A stretch of 64,000 nt of DNA from an uncultured virus (IMG/VR IMGVR_UViG_3300027896_000015) (IMGVR_UViG_3300027896_000015), one strand, 5' to 3'; positions 44,638 through 54,914 are shown, counted from the stretch's first letter. Notes: generated by a model from the letters alone, not told the origin. Numbers and translations are program-made.

Positions 44638-45687
44638 ATGCGGAGGTTCAAGTTGAAGATCGCCCAAAGAACGTTCACTCCATTCGACGGGCTCAGCCCC
44701 GCCACCGAGAAGTCAAGAGCCGTGCCGCTTTTCGGCGACACGCCGTCCTTCGCCGACATCATCAACGGAGACGTCAGCAAGAAGATCGACATCCACGACA
44801 GGGGTTCCTGGGGAGCCGGGAAGGACGCCGACAAGACCTACCGGGAAGAGGGCAACGACTTCATGCGCGAGGTGACCGACCGCGACAGGGTTCTTCAGGA
44901 TGCGTTCAAAAGAAGGAAGTCCCGCGGAACGGAATGGGCTATCGAGTTCGAGGACGGGACCGTCTCGTCATTCCCGTCGAAACCCGAAGCGGAACAGGCC
45001 GCATCCAAGGCGCCGAAGCCCGTCAGAAGGATATTTACCAGAACCGCCCAGTCCCACGCCGACATCATCGACATGCTGATGGGCGGATGCGTCACGATAT
45101 ACTCCAGCGAGGGCGGCGGCAAGTCAAGCGTCGGCGCAGGGTTCTTCGTCAAGGAAGGGATTGTCGTAACCTGCGCGCACGTCGTCAGATCCTTCGACGA
45201 TCCCGAGTCGTCCGACGAGAGGGAATGGTTATCCAGGAAGGTCATGCTGCATGGGCGGGCCGGCGAGGACTTCGGCACGGTCATCCATGCCAGCCTCAGG
45301 CTTGACATCGCCGTCATCTCAACGAAGTTCGCCGGAACTCCCATGGGCATCGTCGAAAGCAGAAAGATCAGGATCGGCGACCCCGTATTCACGGTCGGCG
45401 CCCCGCACGGCTTCGAAAGCAACGTTTCTGAAGGCATCCTCAGCGGACGAGACAGGACAGTGTTTTGGCACAAAGGAGCTCCGAAGTTCCTGTTTACTGA
45501 CGCCCAAGTAGCTCCAGGAAATTCCGGCGGGCCGCTTATTGAATACGGATCGAAAGCCATCATAGGTATGATGCAGCTGATCGTCGGAGCGTCGAGAGGA
45601 CTGCCTGGCTTGAACGCCGCGCTGCCGTCGGAAGACATCATCAAATCTTTGGCGAGGATACCGCAGGGCTTCAGCCCTAGCGGATGA
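44638..45687 (+). CDS. trypsin-like (S1C/HtrA-type) serine protease without PDZ
   Basis: Catalytic triad VTCAHVV, DIAVI, GNSGGP; last ~14 aa derive from the IS left end. Confidence 0.9.
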   Translation: MRRFKLKIAQRTFTPFDGLSPATEKSRAVPLFGDTPSFADIINGDVSKKIDIHDRGSWGAGKDADKTYREEGNDFMREVTDRDRVLQDAFKRRKSRGTEWAIEFEDGTVSSFPSKPEAEQAASKAPKPVRRIFTRTAQSHADIIDMLMGGCVTIYSSEGGGKSSVGAGFFVKEGIVVTCAHVVRSFDDPESSDEREWLSRKVMLHGRAGEDFGTVIHASLRLDIAVISTKFAGTPMGIVESRKIRIGDPVFTVGAPHGFESNVSEGILSGRDRTVFWHKGAPKFLFTDAQVAPGNSGGPLIEYGSKAIIGMMQLIVGASRGLPGLNAALPSEDIIKSLARIPQGFSPSG

Positions 45688-47008
45688 ATCGCCGCATGTA
45701 CTTTCTCTTGTCCTTCACAACAGAAAAATAGCACAAAAAATCTTTCAAGTCGAGCAGGGATATGGTAGCCGACTTAAGAATCAATAAATATGAGGACCTA
45801 CAACGCCAAGCTGGTGCTGTTGAAAGAAGACGAGGAGAAGCTTCGCAACACGCTTCGTCTGCACTCCTTGGCGTGGAACAAAGTCAGCCAGTTTCTCTTC
45901 AAGAAAAAGGTTCTCGTTCACACCATCGTCCACAAGAAGACCTACAAGGCGATCCGGAAGGAGTTCCCCGACATGCCTTCCCAAGTCGTAATTAAGGCGC
46001 GGATGGATTGCATCGCCGCCTACCGCACGGCGAAAAGCAACAAGGTCAAGCTCGAAGAGCCCATGCAGAGGAACAGGCTGGCCATGAGGCTAGACACTTG
46101 TCTCTTCAGGCTTAAACGCGAAATGGATGGTTCACTTTGGGCCATGTTCACGGTTGCGGGGAACAGGAGGAACAGGATCAAAGCCAGAATCGTCTCTTAT
46201 CTTCGGCTGGAAGAAATGATGAAATACGAGCTGGCCGATCCCCTGGTCTTCGAGAAGGACGGCCAGTTCTGGCTGGCCATGAGCTTCCGGACCCCCGAAG
46301 CGACTTACGTCGCCGACAAGTGCGTCGGAGTGGATTTGGGACTGAGAAGGCTGGCGGCCACCAGCGACGGACTGATCATCAAGCTTCCTGTCCATATGGC
46401 CGCCAGAAGAAGGATCCGATATCAGAAAAGGATGCTGCACGAAGTCAAAGCCAGGCTGACTCGGAAGAAGAACCAGTCCGCCAGAAGGAAACTAAGAAAG
46501 CTGAGAAGAAAAGAAAGGAACCAGTCCAAACAGATATGCCATCTGGTCGCCAACAGGCTGCTAGAGACGAAGGCCAGCACTATCGTCCTAGAAGACTTAT
46601 CCAAGTTGAAGGAGAACACCAAGCATCAGGGCAGGAGGCACAACAACAGGCTTTCCCAGATGCCGTTCTGCGCGCTGAGAACCATCTTGACCTACAAGGC
46701 ACAAGCCCTCGGGAAGAGGGTGGAAACCGTTGACCCCAGGTACACATCGAAGGATGACTACAGAGGCATCCCGAGAGGCGTGCGGAAGGGCTGCAGGTAT
46801 CTTGCCAGCGACGGCAAGGTTCTGGACGCGGATCACAATGCGGCGATCAATATCGCCCAGAGGTGGACCGCACGGAACGAACACCCCGTATCTTTTGCCA
46901 GCCCCGAAAGGGGCCGGCAAACCTTATGGGCAGGCCGCAGTCAACCGGCCGATAGCAGCGCGCCTATGGTGCTGCAAGCTGCGGGGCTTTAGCCCGGCAG
47001 AAGTTGAC
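45642..47008 (+). mobile_element. IS200/IS605-type tnpB-only element B
   Basis: Follows TCAT; ends ...GGGGCTTTAGCCCGGCAGAAGTTGAC; excision restores protease end DIIRSLKIAKM*. Confidence 0.88.
45790..46992 (+). CDS. tnpB: TnpB (zinc finger absent)
   Basis: VGVDLG, IVLEDL, VDPRYTSK, LDADHNAAINI; clearly similar to 19881-21092. Confidence 0.92.
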   Translation: MRTYNAKLVLLKEDEEKLRNTLRLHSLAWNKVSQFLFKKKVLVHTIVHKKTYKAIRKEFPDMPSQVVIKARMDCIAAYRTAKSNKVKLEEPMQRNRLAMRLDTCLFRLKREMDGSLWAMFTVAGNRRNRIKARIVSYLRLEEMMKYELADPLVFEKDGQFWLAMSFRTPEATYVADKCVGVDLGLRRLAATSDGLIIKLPVHMAARRRIRYQKRMLHEVKARLTRKKNQSARRKLRKLRRKERNQSKQICHLVANRLLETKASTIVLEDLSKLKENTKHQGRRHNNRLSQMPFCALRTILTYKAQALGKRVETVDPRYTSKDDYRGIPRGVRKGCRYLASDGKVLDADHNAAINIAQRWTARNEHPVSFASPERGRQTLWAGRSQPADSSAPMVLQAAGL

Positions 47009-47118
47009 TCGGTCGCTGAAAATCGCCAAAATGTAGCCATATGTGTGCAGGACACGTCATGAAGGCTGAAGAATAACCAAGTGGTTTTTTAGCCAACTCG
47101 AACAAGGAGAACAACAGC

Positions 47119-47676
47119 ATGAGCGCCCACAAGGTTGTTTTGACAGAAATGAAGAATCAGGTTCTGATCGCGGAAGCCCTGCGAAAGGTTCTTCCTCAGC
47201 TGCACGGACAGGAAGGCTTTCAGGGGCAGGTCCAGACGGGAAAACGGCGGCAGAACGAGCTGCAGTGCGAAGGGCATATGGGCAGCACCGGATGCGACAT
47301 CGTGGTCAAGAAAGAAGACCTGCTGGGGAAAAAGGCGGACAGCGCTTATTCAGACATCGGCTTGAAATGGAACGCCAAAACAGGAAAATACGAGTGGATC
47401 GTTAGCGACTGCGATCTCGGAAATTACGAAAAGCTTTCAGGCGACCGCCCCGATCCGAACGGACACTTCAACTCCAACTACGGCCTCTACGGCGAAGAAT
47501 TCATGAACGAGGTCGGCGCCGCCTATGCGTGCCTGGAACAGATGGAGGAGTCTCACCGTACCGGCGCCACCGTAGTTTCCGAGCCTGAGCCGACGCAGGT
47601 CGGCGGCAGAAACGTATGGAAGGCGGTCATGGAAATAGACGAGGATCAGCTTGCCGTAGCAGGCGTGACCATCTGA
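47119..47676 (+). CDS. DUF1257/Ycf35-like protein
   Basis: MS.H....TE.K....I..AL, DIVV, DIG..W...G.YE.I. Confidence 0.65.
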   Translation: MSAHKVVLTEMKNQVLIAEALRKVLPQLHGQEGFQGQVQTGKRRQNELQCEGHMGSTGCDIVVKKEDLLGKKADSAYSDIGLKWNAKTGKYEWIVSDCDLGNYEKLSGDRPDPNGHFNSNYGLYGEEFMNEVGAAYACLEQMEESHRTGATVVSEPEPTQVGGRNVWKAVMEIDEDQLAVAGVTI

Positions 47677-47693
47677 CGACGCGGAGGACAAAA

Positions 47694-47933
47694 ATGCAAA
47701 TTCTGAAGACAGCAGGAAGGAAGATCAAGTTCGAGGTCATCGGGTATGTGGACGCGGGCGGCGTAGTCAGGAAGGAAGTCAAGATGCTTCCCGACCAGGG
47801 CCTCGGGCAAAGCTGCCACGACATCGTCAACGCGCTAAGCCCAGGCGCTGGCGCGATCGTCAACGAATGGGATGACGACAAGGAGCCGAAGGATTACGAC
47901 ATCGAGGAACAGGCGGTCGCGCAAGGCATCTGA
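47694..47933 (+). CDS. DUF2997-like protein
   Basis: D.GG.V..EV ... G.G.SC.DI...L; adjacent to the DUF1257-like gene. Confidence 0.5.
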   Translation: MQILKTAGRKIKFEVIGYVDAGGVVRKEVKMLPDQGLGQSCHDIVNALSPGAGAIVNEWDDDKEPKDYDIEEQAVAQGI

Positions 47934-47962
47934 TGCTATGCGTTGCCGACGCAATGCGCTAA

Positions 47963-47992
47963 CGGCCCCTTGGTCCATCCTCGGGGCCTTTT
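47963..47992 (+). terminator. intrinsic terminator
   Basis: GGCCCC...GGGGCC followed by TTTT. Confidence 0.6.
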
Positions 47993-48017
47993 AGTTGCGG
48001 GGTCACAAGGTTGTGAA

Positions 48018-51000
48018 ATGGAACATAGAACCATAGATTTCAGCACGTTCCTTTCGCACAAGGACAGCATCCAGTGGCACCGTCTGTCCCAGTGGGTCCG
48101 AGGAGCCGGGGCGGTGCAGCATCTCGTCTGGAAGGGGTTCATGGTGCGGGACGGGAAGGTCGTCGATATTCCGATGTACTTCGCGTACGTCAGCGTCGAC
48201 AGCAATACCGGGCGCGCATCGCTGTCCTTGTCGGCCAACGTCAAGTTCGACCCGCAAGGCAGGGGCCAGCAGGTCATCGACTCCGTTCCTCTCGGAAGAA
48301 GCGAGGACATCAACGACTCGCTGATCAAGGAAATCATGTCGTCAAGATACGGGATGGCGGAGATTGACTTCAGCAAGACTCCTGTCGGCCACGAACACAG
48401 CCCGCTGGCCAAAAACGCCATCATGATTACGCGCATGGTCAACCAGCAGAACAGGACCATCGCCAACATCTACCTGTACAAGCTGGAATACTCAGGCAAG
48501 AAGGAGTACCGCACCGAGACCATGATTGTCGACATGGAGAGCGGCTTGACGTCCACCGACGAGTCTCAGCGCAAGCGCGAGTCGGTCGCGGACGTCAGGG
48601 ATGCAGCCGCACAGTTCCGCCAGACGGTTCGCCATCTTGCATCCGTAGGATACGTCGAGTCGCCTAGTCTTCCTCAGATGGCTAACGAGTCCAATTGGGA
48701 CTTCGAGCTCAATCTTCCGAAGGATGTAGCCGATAACATGAGGCAGATGATGGAAGCCACGACTGCAAAGGATCAGGAGGAGAGCCGGGAGCGGCTGGAC
48801 GCCCTGATGCAGACAGGGGACGACGATGTGTTCGCGTCATCAGGACACGAACATATCAGGACGGCGCAGGGGCTGTCGCAGTGGGTGCAGGCCCCCCTGC
48901 CGGATCCCAGGCAGCTGCAGCAGTTTGTCGGGACTTCTGGAGTCGAGGCATCCCAGCTGAGGTCGGTTTTCGGAGGCGTCGACGACGCCATCAGGATGGT
49001 GAACGAGTTCGACTCGTCGCTGCTTCTTAACGTCGCCTTCATATTCAACTTTTCGTCCGGAGGAGAATACGGCGTGTACGTGTCCGCGCTCGACGAGAAA
49101 ATCAAGCGTGAGGCGGTCAAGCAGGAGCTGAGATCCGCAGGGTTCCAGATACAGGAGTCTCCTGACGGCATGGCTTTCTCCGCGTCGCACCCTGAAAAGA
49201 CCCCAGAGGAAACGCAGAAGATGCTGGACGACTGCTATCAGAGGGTCGGATCCAAAGGCGCCACCGCCTTCGGAGTCAACATGAACAAGGTCGTGTCTTC
49301 GGCCGCCGCGGACGCCGCGCAGCTTGGAATTTCCAAGCCGGAAGAGATAGCCGATCTCGTCAAGATCAGGCTGGGCGAGACAATGGTTCACGAGGCCGTC
49401 CACTCCAAAGGGGAGCACTCCGAAGGCCCCGCCGAGGCCTACGACTCCAAGTTCGTGCAGTGGGCCTTGGGACGCCTGAACAAGGCCAGAATGGAAAGGA
49501 TGAAGTCCGAAGGGCGCGAACAGGAATACACCCCTCTTATTATGGACGCTGGACGCCGCCAGGCCGGATGCGAAACATGGCTGGAGTCCGCGGCAAGGAT
49601 GGTCAAGAAATCCCAGTTCGGGGCGCAGTTCGTAGGGCTTCTGCGGCATGACACGCCTGCCTTCCCGTGGTCGGTACTGCCGCACGACTCCAATGTCGCC
49701 ATCATAGAGAGCATGCTGGACCTGAGCAGGAATCCTGGCGTGTCGCTGGCGAACGCGAGCACCGAAAAGCGCATGCGCGACGCTGAGAAGGACAAATGGG
49801 ACAACAGCGTCGACACCGACGAGCTGCACGAAAGCCTGCTGGAGAAGGACAGGCAGCCTCTGGAATCGTACAGGCATACGGAAAAGCTCCTGGAGGACAG
49901 GCGCGACAAGCCTTTGATGGTTCCCGTCAGGAAGTCTGAGAACTCCGGAATGATCAGGACCGCCTACAGCGGCGAGGGCGGATCGGCCTTCGGATGGACG
50001 AACAATCTTAACCTCCCCATGAACGAGAGGATGTGGACGGGCGAGGACGAGGACGGCGAGAACGTCGGAACGTGGATGGACTGGAGGATGATCCGCAAGC
50101 TTCCCAGATACAACCCCGAATACGGCGATCCGTTCTCGAAGTTCAAGGACGTCTATTATGCGTGGCTGGATCCCAGGCTGGCGCCAGAATTATGGGACAA
50201 GATGATCCAGGAGCGTCCCTGCTTCATGACGTCGCCCGCCAGAAGGTTCGCGTCTCAGAAGACGACGCGAATGATGACAGTTCAAGCGCAAAGCCATATG
50301 CCTATCGTACATAATGTGGCCGAATTGGTTGCTGCCGTTTATTCGGGATCAACATGGATTGTGATTGATTCCTCCCCATATACAGAAATGCTTTTGGATA
50401 GAGAAATAACTTATGAAGTTCACGGCAACAGCCGTGTTTTAGCCACTGGCTTCAGCAAAGTGCGTGCTTACGATTCCAGTATTGTGACCGCTCATGATAG
50501 AAGTAATGTGTGGGCTTATGGTTCCAGCCAAGTGGATGCTCATGATTTCAGCCAAGTTGAAACGTACGACAACAGCCACATGAATGATTTCCGATCTGGT
50601 GCGTCTGCCTCCCAAGCCGCTGAACCGGAAAAGAAAGCGCCAAAGAAGGATGCAGAACATCCTCCTGTTCCGGTGCGTTTTGACGCCCCCGAAGAGATTT
50701 TCTTCGACGAGGACGATGTTTTCTCGTCGTCTCGTTCGCCAAACAGGACGGCTCAGAAGTCAGCATCAACCGATGACCTTTCTAAGGTCGGCGGCATCCT
50801 GTACGCCGCCGCCGCCGCGATATCAAAGGGAGAGATTAGGGGCACGAGATTCGTGGCGACGCACGACATCGTCTCACATCTGGTCAGGTTCTATGAGGAC
50901 AATCCGGACATCAGGGTGGTCAGATTCAAGCTCGGCCAGAACACCGAATCCGTGTGGGTCGTCAAAAACGACATTCCTCAGAAGAACGCGGTAGAAATGG

Positions 51001-51773
51001 CCGAGGAGTTCGCCAGCGGCAGGTCGGGCGGAAAGGAATACGAGGAGATGTTCGACTACATCACCGGCATGTCCGCCGGACGCAAACGCACGATCATGAA
51101 GATTCTTTCGGCCGTCAAGGACGCCGCGGGAAAATCAACCAAGATGCGCGTCGTCGGAGCCCTGCCGCGCGCCATGATCATGGGCGACCCGTGGTCGCAC
51201 GTCGCGGCGCTCAGCTTTGCCTGCGACGATCCGGACGCGTGCCTTAAGATAGGAACCGCGGCGGCGGAGATCGCCGGCCTGCCCTTGTCCGCGATCGAAT
51301 ACGACTCGTCGTCGGTATCGTGGGAGCTTTTCGGGCTGAAATGCGAGTTCCTGAGCCAGTCACCGAAGGATGCCGCCAGGCTTCTTCCGCTGTCCTGCGA
51401 CCAGATCGCCTATGCGGTCGAGGACGGGAAGCTATACGACCTGAGCGACGACGGACACGGAATAAGCGACGCCAGGGCGAGGGTCGCACGCGCCCGTTCC
51501 GACCCGAAGGCGGTCTTCAAGCGCAATCCGTTCGGGATTCTCAGGACGATCAGATCGGCGGTCAAGTACGGCATGGAGATCGATCCGGAAACGTCCAAGG
51601 CCATGCTGGAATGCGCCAATTCGCTGTTCGACGGGTCGATCAGCGACGGCAGGCTGGCCTTGGCCTACGTCGAAATCATGTCGGAAGGGAAGGAAAAGGC
51701 GTCCGAAATCTTGGAATACTACAAGGTGAAGGACGATCTTAAGAGGAGATTCGACGATGCCGATGCCGATTAG
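48018..51773 (+). CDS. 1251-aa mosaic protein: HExxH motif, 8-aa beta-solenoid-like repeats, C-terminal degenerate CCA-adding/poly(A) polymerase-like domain
   Basis: MVHEAVH; (V.A.D.S.)n at ~50412-50589; RVVGALPR, YDL...G.SD, F..NP..ILR.IR.A.KYG..I. Confidence 0.7.
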   Translation: MEHRTIDFSTFLSHKDSIQWHRLSQWVRGAGAVQHLVWKGFMVRDGKVVDIPMYFAYVSVDSNTGRASLSLSANVKFDPQGRGQQVIDSVPLGRSEDINDSLIKEIMSSRYGMAEIDFSKTPVGHEHSPLAKNAIMITRMVNQQNRTIANIYLYKLEYSGKKEYRTETMIVDMESGLTSTDESQRKRESVADVRDAAAQFRQTVRHLASVGYVESPSLPQMANESNWDFELNLPKDVADNMRQMMEATTAKDQEESRERLDALMQTGDDDVFASSGHEHIRTAQGLSQWVQAPLPDPRQLQQFVGTSGVEASQLRSVFGGVDDAIRMVNEFDSSLLLNVAFIFNFSSGGEYGVYVSALDEKIKREAVKQELRSAGFQIQESPDGMAFSASHPEKTPEETQKMLDDCYQRVGSKGATAFGVNMNKVVSSAAADAAQLGISKPEEIADLVKIRLGETMVHEAVHSKGEHSEGPAEAYDSKFVQWALGRLNKARMERMKSEGREQEYTPLIMDAGRRQAGCETWLESAARMVKKSQFGAQFVGLLRHDTPAFPWSVLPHDSNVAIIESMLDLSRNPGVSLANASTEKRMRDAEKDKWDNSVDTDELHESLLEKDRQPLESYRHTEKLLEDRRDKPLMVPVRKSENSGMIRTAYSGEGGSAFGWTNNLNLPMNERMWTGEDEDGENVGTWMDWRMIRKLPRYNPEYGDPFSKFKDVYYAWLDPRLAPELWDKMIQERPCFMTSPARRFASQKTTRMMTVQAQSHMPIVHNVAELVAAVYSGSTWIVIDSSPYTEMLLDREITYEVHGNSRVLATGFSKVRAYDSSIVTAHDRSNVWAYGSSQVDAHDFSQVETYDNSHMNDFRSGASASQAAEPEKKAPKKDAEHPPVPVRFDAPEEIFFDEDDVFSSSRSPNRTAQKSASTDDLSKVGGILYAAAAAISKGEIRGTRFVATHDIVSHLVRFYEDNPDIRVVRFKLGQNTESVWVVKNDIPQKNAVEMAEEFASGRSGGKEYEEMFDYITGMSAGRKRTIMKILSAVKDAAGKSTKMRVVGALPRAMIMGDPWSHVAALSFACDDPDACLKIGTAAAEIAGLPLSAIEYDSSSVSWELFGLKCEFLSQSPKDAARLLPLSCDQIAYAVEDGKLYDLSDDGHGISDARARVARARSDPKAVFKRNPFGILRTIRSAVKYGMEIDPETSKAMLECANSLFDGSISDGRLALAYVEIMSEGKEKASEILEYYKVKDDLKRRFDDADAD

Positions 51774-52851
51774 GCCGATCAGCGACATGGCGTGGTACGG
51801 AAAGGAGGACCGCGGCCAGCTGTCCATCGATCTGGACACGCTGTCCAAGGCCATATCAGGATATTCGACTTCCGCAGGATGGATAGAGAAGACTGCCGCG
51901 TCCGACGAAGACGCCGACATCCTGTTCGACTTATGGAGGGCGAGCAGCGTCGTCGAGGAGGGCGAATCCCCGTCCCTGACGCGGTATGCGATCCCCCAGC
52001 AGTTCCCGGACGACTCGCTTATGCGCCTGAAGGCGGCCAATCTCGTTTCCGGGGACGGCAGGACGATACGCTTCACCGGCAGCGCGATCGGCGTCATCAG
52101 GACCATGGTGCTGGCGGAGGAGAACGCCTACGAGAAGACGGCTGTGAAGAAGCCGTACAGCGTCATACTGGCCGAGGTTAAGGCCACATCAGGAAGAAGC
52201 GGACTGGCGTTCGGGAACGTCACCGCGTCCGCTCAGGTCAAGACCGCGCAGAACGTTGTTCTTCCGGCGGGCAGGATACCGCAGGCGAATACTCGGTACA
52301 CGCGTTCGCAGAGGCTCGTATGCGACACCGGAGGGCACAACAAAGAGTATACGGTGAGGATATACCAGTATCCGGACGGGATGTACTCCGTCGTGGCCTG
52401 GAGCGGAAGAATCGACGGGGCGCTTAGGGCTCAGCCCAAGGTTTTTACGGGGTCTCTGGCCCTGGCCGATCACGCTTTTCACAACCTGATTAATGAAAAG
52501 ACGTCGAAGCCGCAGGATCCGTACTTCTTGGCCGGGGAAAGCCCGAACGTCCCAGGGTCTCCGACGAATCCCGCATCCGTAGAGCCGACGTCCGTACAGA
52601 CGGCTGTTCCGCGACCGACCAGGACGTCCCCTTCGCGTCGTCCAAGGACTCCGACGGCTGATCCTCACGGCCCCGCCGCTACGGAGCAGAGATCAAAAAA
52701 GCAGAAGACGGAGCCGGAAAAGCAGAAGGACGCGGCGCCGAAGCCCGAGGCAGCCAAGAAGATCGACGAAGGGGAGGCGATCCAGAACATTTTGGACCAG
52801 CTCGGAGTCCAGGATCTCGGAATCGACTTCGAATCAGATGAGCAGCTCTAG
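51757..52851 (+). CDS. WGR-domain-containing protein
   Basis: HNKEY...VVAWSGRIDG...A...F..LINEK.SK. Confidence 0.7.
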   Translation: MPMPIRPISDMAWYGKEDRGQLSIDLDTLSKAISGYSTSAGWIEKTAASDEDADILFDLWRASSVVEEGESPSLTRYAIPQQFPDDSLMRLKAANLVSGDGRTIRFTGSAIGVIRTMVLAEENAYEKTAVKKPYSVILAEVKATSGRSGLAFGNVTASAQVKTAQNVVLPAGRIPQANTRYTRSQRLVCDTGGHNKEYTVRIYQYPDGMYSVVAWSGRIDGALRAQPKVFTGSLALADHAFHNLINEKTSKPQDPYFLAGESPNVPGSPTNPASVEPTSVQTAVPRPTRTSPSRRPRTPTADPHGPAATEQRSKKQKTEPEKQKDAAPKPEAAKKIDEGEAIQNILDQLGVQDLGIDFESDEQL

Positions 52852-53272
52852 CATCAGCATGGTCAGTCCGATGGGCGGAAGCAGCAGCCGGACGATGTCC
52901 CTGTCGACCAGGCATGCGGATGACGCCCCGGAAAAGTCGTATCTGGTAGCCGTCAACGGCAGGTTCTTGAAGGCCGCTTCCGGCATGCGGAACGTGAGGA
53001 TGATCGGAAGAGGAATGGTCGCGATAACGGTCGAAGGAGATTCGTCCGACGATATGGAGGATCTTCTCGACTCTACGGGATGCGCGTGGGAGCATGAAGA
53101 GGATCAGAATATCAGCGGAAATCGTAAAGAAGCCCGAGGACCTGGCCACGGGCCTGATGGGAAGAAAATGCCTGGGGCGCAACTCGGGAATGCTCTTCGA
53201 CTTCAGGACGGAGAGGCCTCTTTCGTTCTGGATGGCGAGGACCTATATCCCGCTTCAGATAGCGTTCATTGA
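52838..53272 (+). CDS. hypothetical protein (3' part overlaps the DUF192 gene)
   Basis: First ~85 codons fill the intergenic gap. Confidence 0.45.
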   Translation: MSSSSISMVSPMGGSSSRTMSLSTRHADDAPEKSYLVAVNGRFLKAASGMRNVRMIGRGMVAITVEGDSSDDMEDLLDSTGCAWEHEEDQNISGNRKEARGPGHGPDGKKMPGAQLGNALRLQDGEASFVLDGEDLYPASDSVH

Positions 53273-53771
53273 CGACAGCGGACGCATAGGACAGATCGAG
53301 AGGATGGCCCCTCTGAGCACTCGCGCCGTAAGATCCTACGGCAGTTACCGCTACGCCCTGGAGGTCAACGACGGCTGGTTCGACGACAACAGGATATTTG
53401 TGGGGGCGCAGGCGGCCCTTCCAGGCATGGATGCTCATCCTGTCAATCCGGACGTTGCGATCGATCAGAGCATCAAGGACATTCTGAAGGCGGCGGACAC
53501 GTACGGCGTTACGCTCATGGTGGACTACGTGTCCAAGTCGGGATTCGACGTGCCTCTGAAGACGATCGTCCCGCCGTTCGAGTTCGCGGAGACGGCGGAC
53601 GGCGACCCCGAGGGGATCGTCATCGTCAGGGACGCGCAAAGAGGCAGATATAGCAGCCTGATCATCGAGAACATCACGGCTGTCAAGGACATGAACGGGA
53701 ATCCTGTTGTGAACGCGCAGCAGGTGCAGGCGATTTCCAAGGAAGGGATTTCGACGCCGCCTGCGGAATAA
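53094..53771 (+). CDS. DUF192 protein with C-terminal extension
   Basis: GLM.R, GMLF.F, FWM..T.IPL.IAFID, YALEVN.GWF. Confidence 0.88.
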   Translation: MKRIRISAEIVKKPEDLATGLMGRKCLGRNSGMLFDFRTERPLSFWMARTYIPLQIAFIDDSGRIGQIERMAPLSTRAVRSYGSYRYALEVNDGWFDDNRIFVGAQAALPGMDAHPVNPDVAIDQSIKDILKAADTYGVTLMVDYVSKSGFDVPLKTIVPPFEFAETADGDPEGIVIVRDAQRGRYSSLIIENITAVKDMNGNPVVNAQQVQAISKEGISTPPAE

Positions 53772-53808
53772 CGATTAGTCGCGGGAAGATCAATTGAGGA
53801 GAACTACG

Positions 53809-54189
53809 ATGGGCGTTTTCAACACGAAGCGATGGCTGGAGAAGCGCGCGAACATCAACTACGAGGGCGCCCAAGGTTTCTTTGTGGCGCACCAGCGCGC
53901 CTGGATGAACTGCTGCAAGGACAAGATGGACGCAGGAGCCCCCGCGCAGAAGTCATGGTTCGACTGCCTGGACGAGTACCAGAAGGGAGCCAGCAACCAC
54001 GACTGGGTCGGCAAGTACGCGTCCGACGCCAAGTCCGCTCTGGAGAAGAGCGGGCGGGCTAACGCGCCGCAGTACGGCGAAAGGATCGCGAAAAAGATGG
54101 CGTCCGGCAAGGACGTCAGGTCCGCCGTCATGGAGACTCTTGAGGAATGCGACAAGGATCCGTCCGTCGCCACGCCGAAATCCGCATAA
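53809..54189 (+). CDS. hypothetical protein
   Basis: SD GAGGAG. Confidence 0.7.
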   Translation: MGVFNTKRWLEKRANINYEGAQGFFVAHQRAWMNCCKDKMDAGAPAQKSWFDCLDEYQKGASNHDWVGKYASDAKSALEKSGRANAPQYGERIAKKMASGKDVRSAVMETLEECDKDPSVATPKSA

Positions 54190-54278
54190 CGGATGCAGGA
54201 AAAGGCGGGCGAAATGAAGAAGAAACGTAAGTGAGCATCGCCGCAGGTGCGGCAGGCAAGAAACAAGGAGAAGCGAAA

Positions 54279-54893
54279 ATGCCATCGATCATCATGCCAG
54301 CAGGCGGAAGCAAGGTTGAGTGGTCTCCGAATCCGGAAGCCGAAAAGACCGAGAAGAAGGTCGCTGTCGATCCTCAGTTCGACGCGATCCGCAACCTCCC
54401 GGGAATCAAGGCGCAGGCCGAATCCCTCGATCTTGAATCAGCGGAAGAGGTTCAGGAAGAGGTCAAGGCCGAGGAAAACCCGGCGGCAGCGGCCGTCCAG
54501 GAAGTTGCCAAGGCAGCCGAGGAAGTCAAGGAGAAGGTCGAGGAAGCCGTCGAGAAGGTCGTCGAGGTGGCGCAGGAAGCCGTCGAGGCCGTCAAGGCTG
54601 GCGCCGAAGCCGTCGTCGAGAAGGCCGAGGAGAAGCCGGCGGAAGAGAAGAAGGAAGACGAGGTCGCCGAGATCGCCGTCATCGTAGAGGAAGAGCCGGA
54701 AATCCCTGGGGTCGTCGAGGACGGAACGGGCAAGGTCGAGAAGGAGACCTGCGTTGCGTCCGACAAGGGCCAGTTCGTCAGGATCGCGGCCCTGTCCCCG
54801 CAGAACCGCAAGGACCTCGTTGACTACTGGAAGAACATGCTTGGGTTCGAGCCCGAGTACGTCGACGCCATGGTCAAGGACTACGAAGAGTAA
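54279..54893 (+). CDS. acidic Glu/Ala/Lys-rich protein (scaffold-like, tentative)
   Basis: Helical low-complexity core; SD AGGAG. Confidence 0.65.
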   Translation: MPSIIMPAGGSKVEWSPNPEAEKTEKKVAVDPQFDAIRNLPGIKAQAESLDLESAEEVQEEVKAEENPAAAAVQEVAKAAEEVKEKVEEAVEKVVEVAQEAVEAVKAGAEAVVEKAEEKPAEEKKEDEVAEIAVIVEEEPEIPGVVEDGTGKVEKETCVASDKGQFVRIAALSPQNRKDLVDYWKNMLGFEPEYVDAMVKDYEE

Positions 54894-54914
54894 TCCGATA
54901 ATTCGCTGAAAGCA

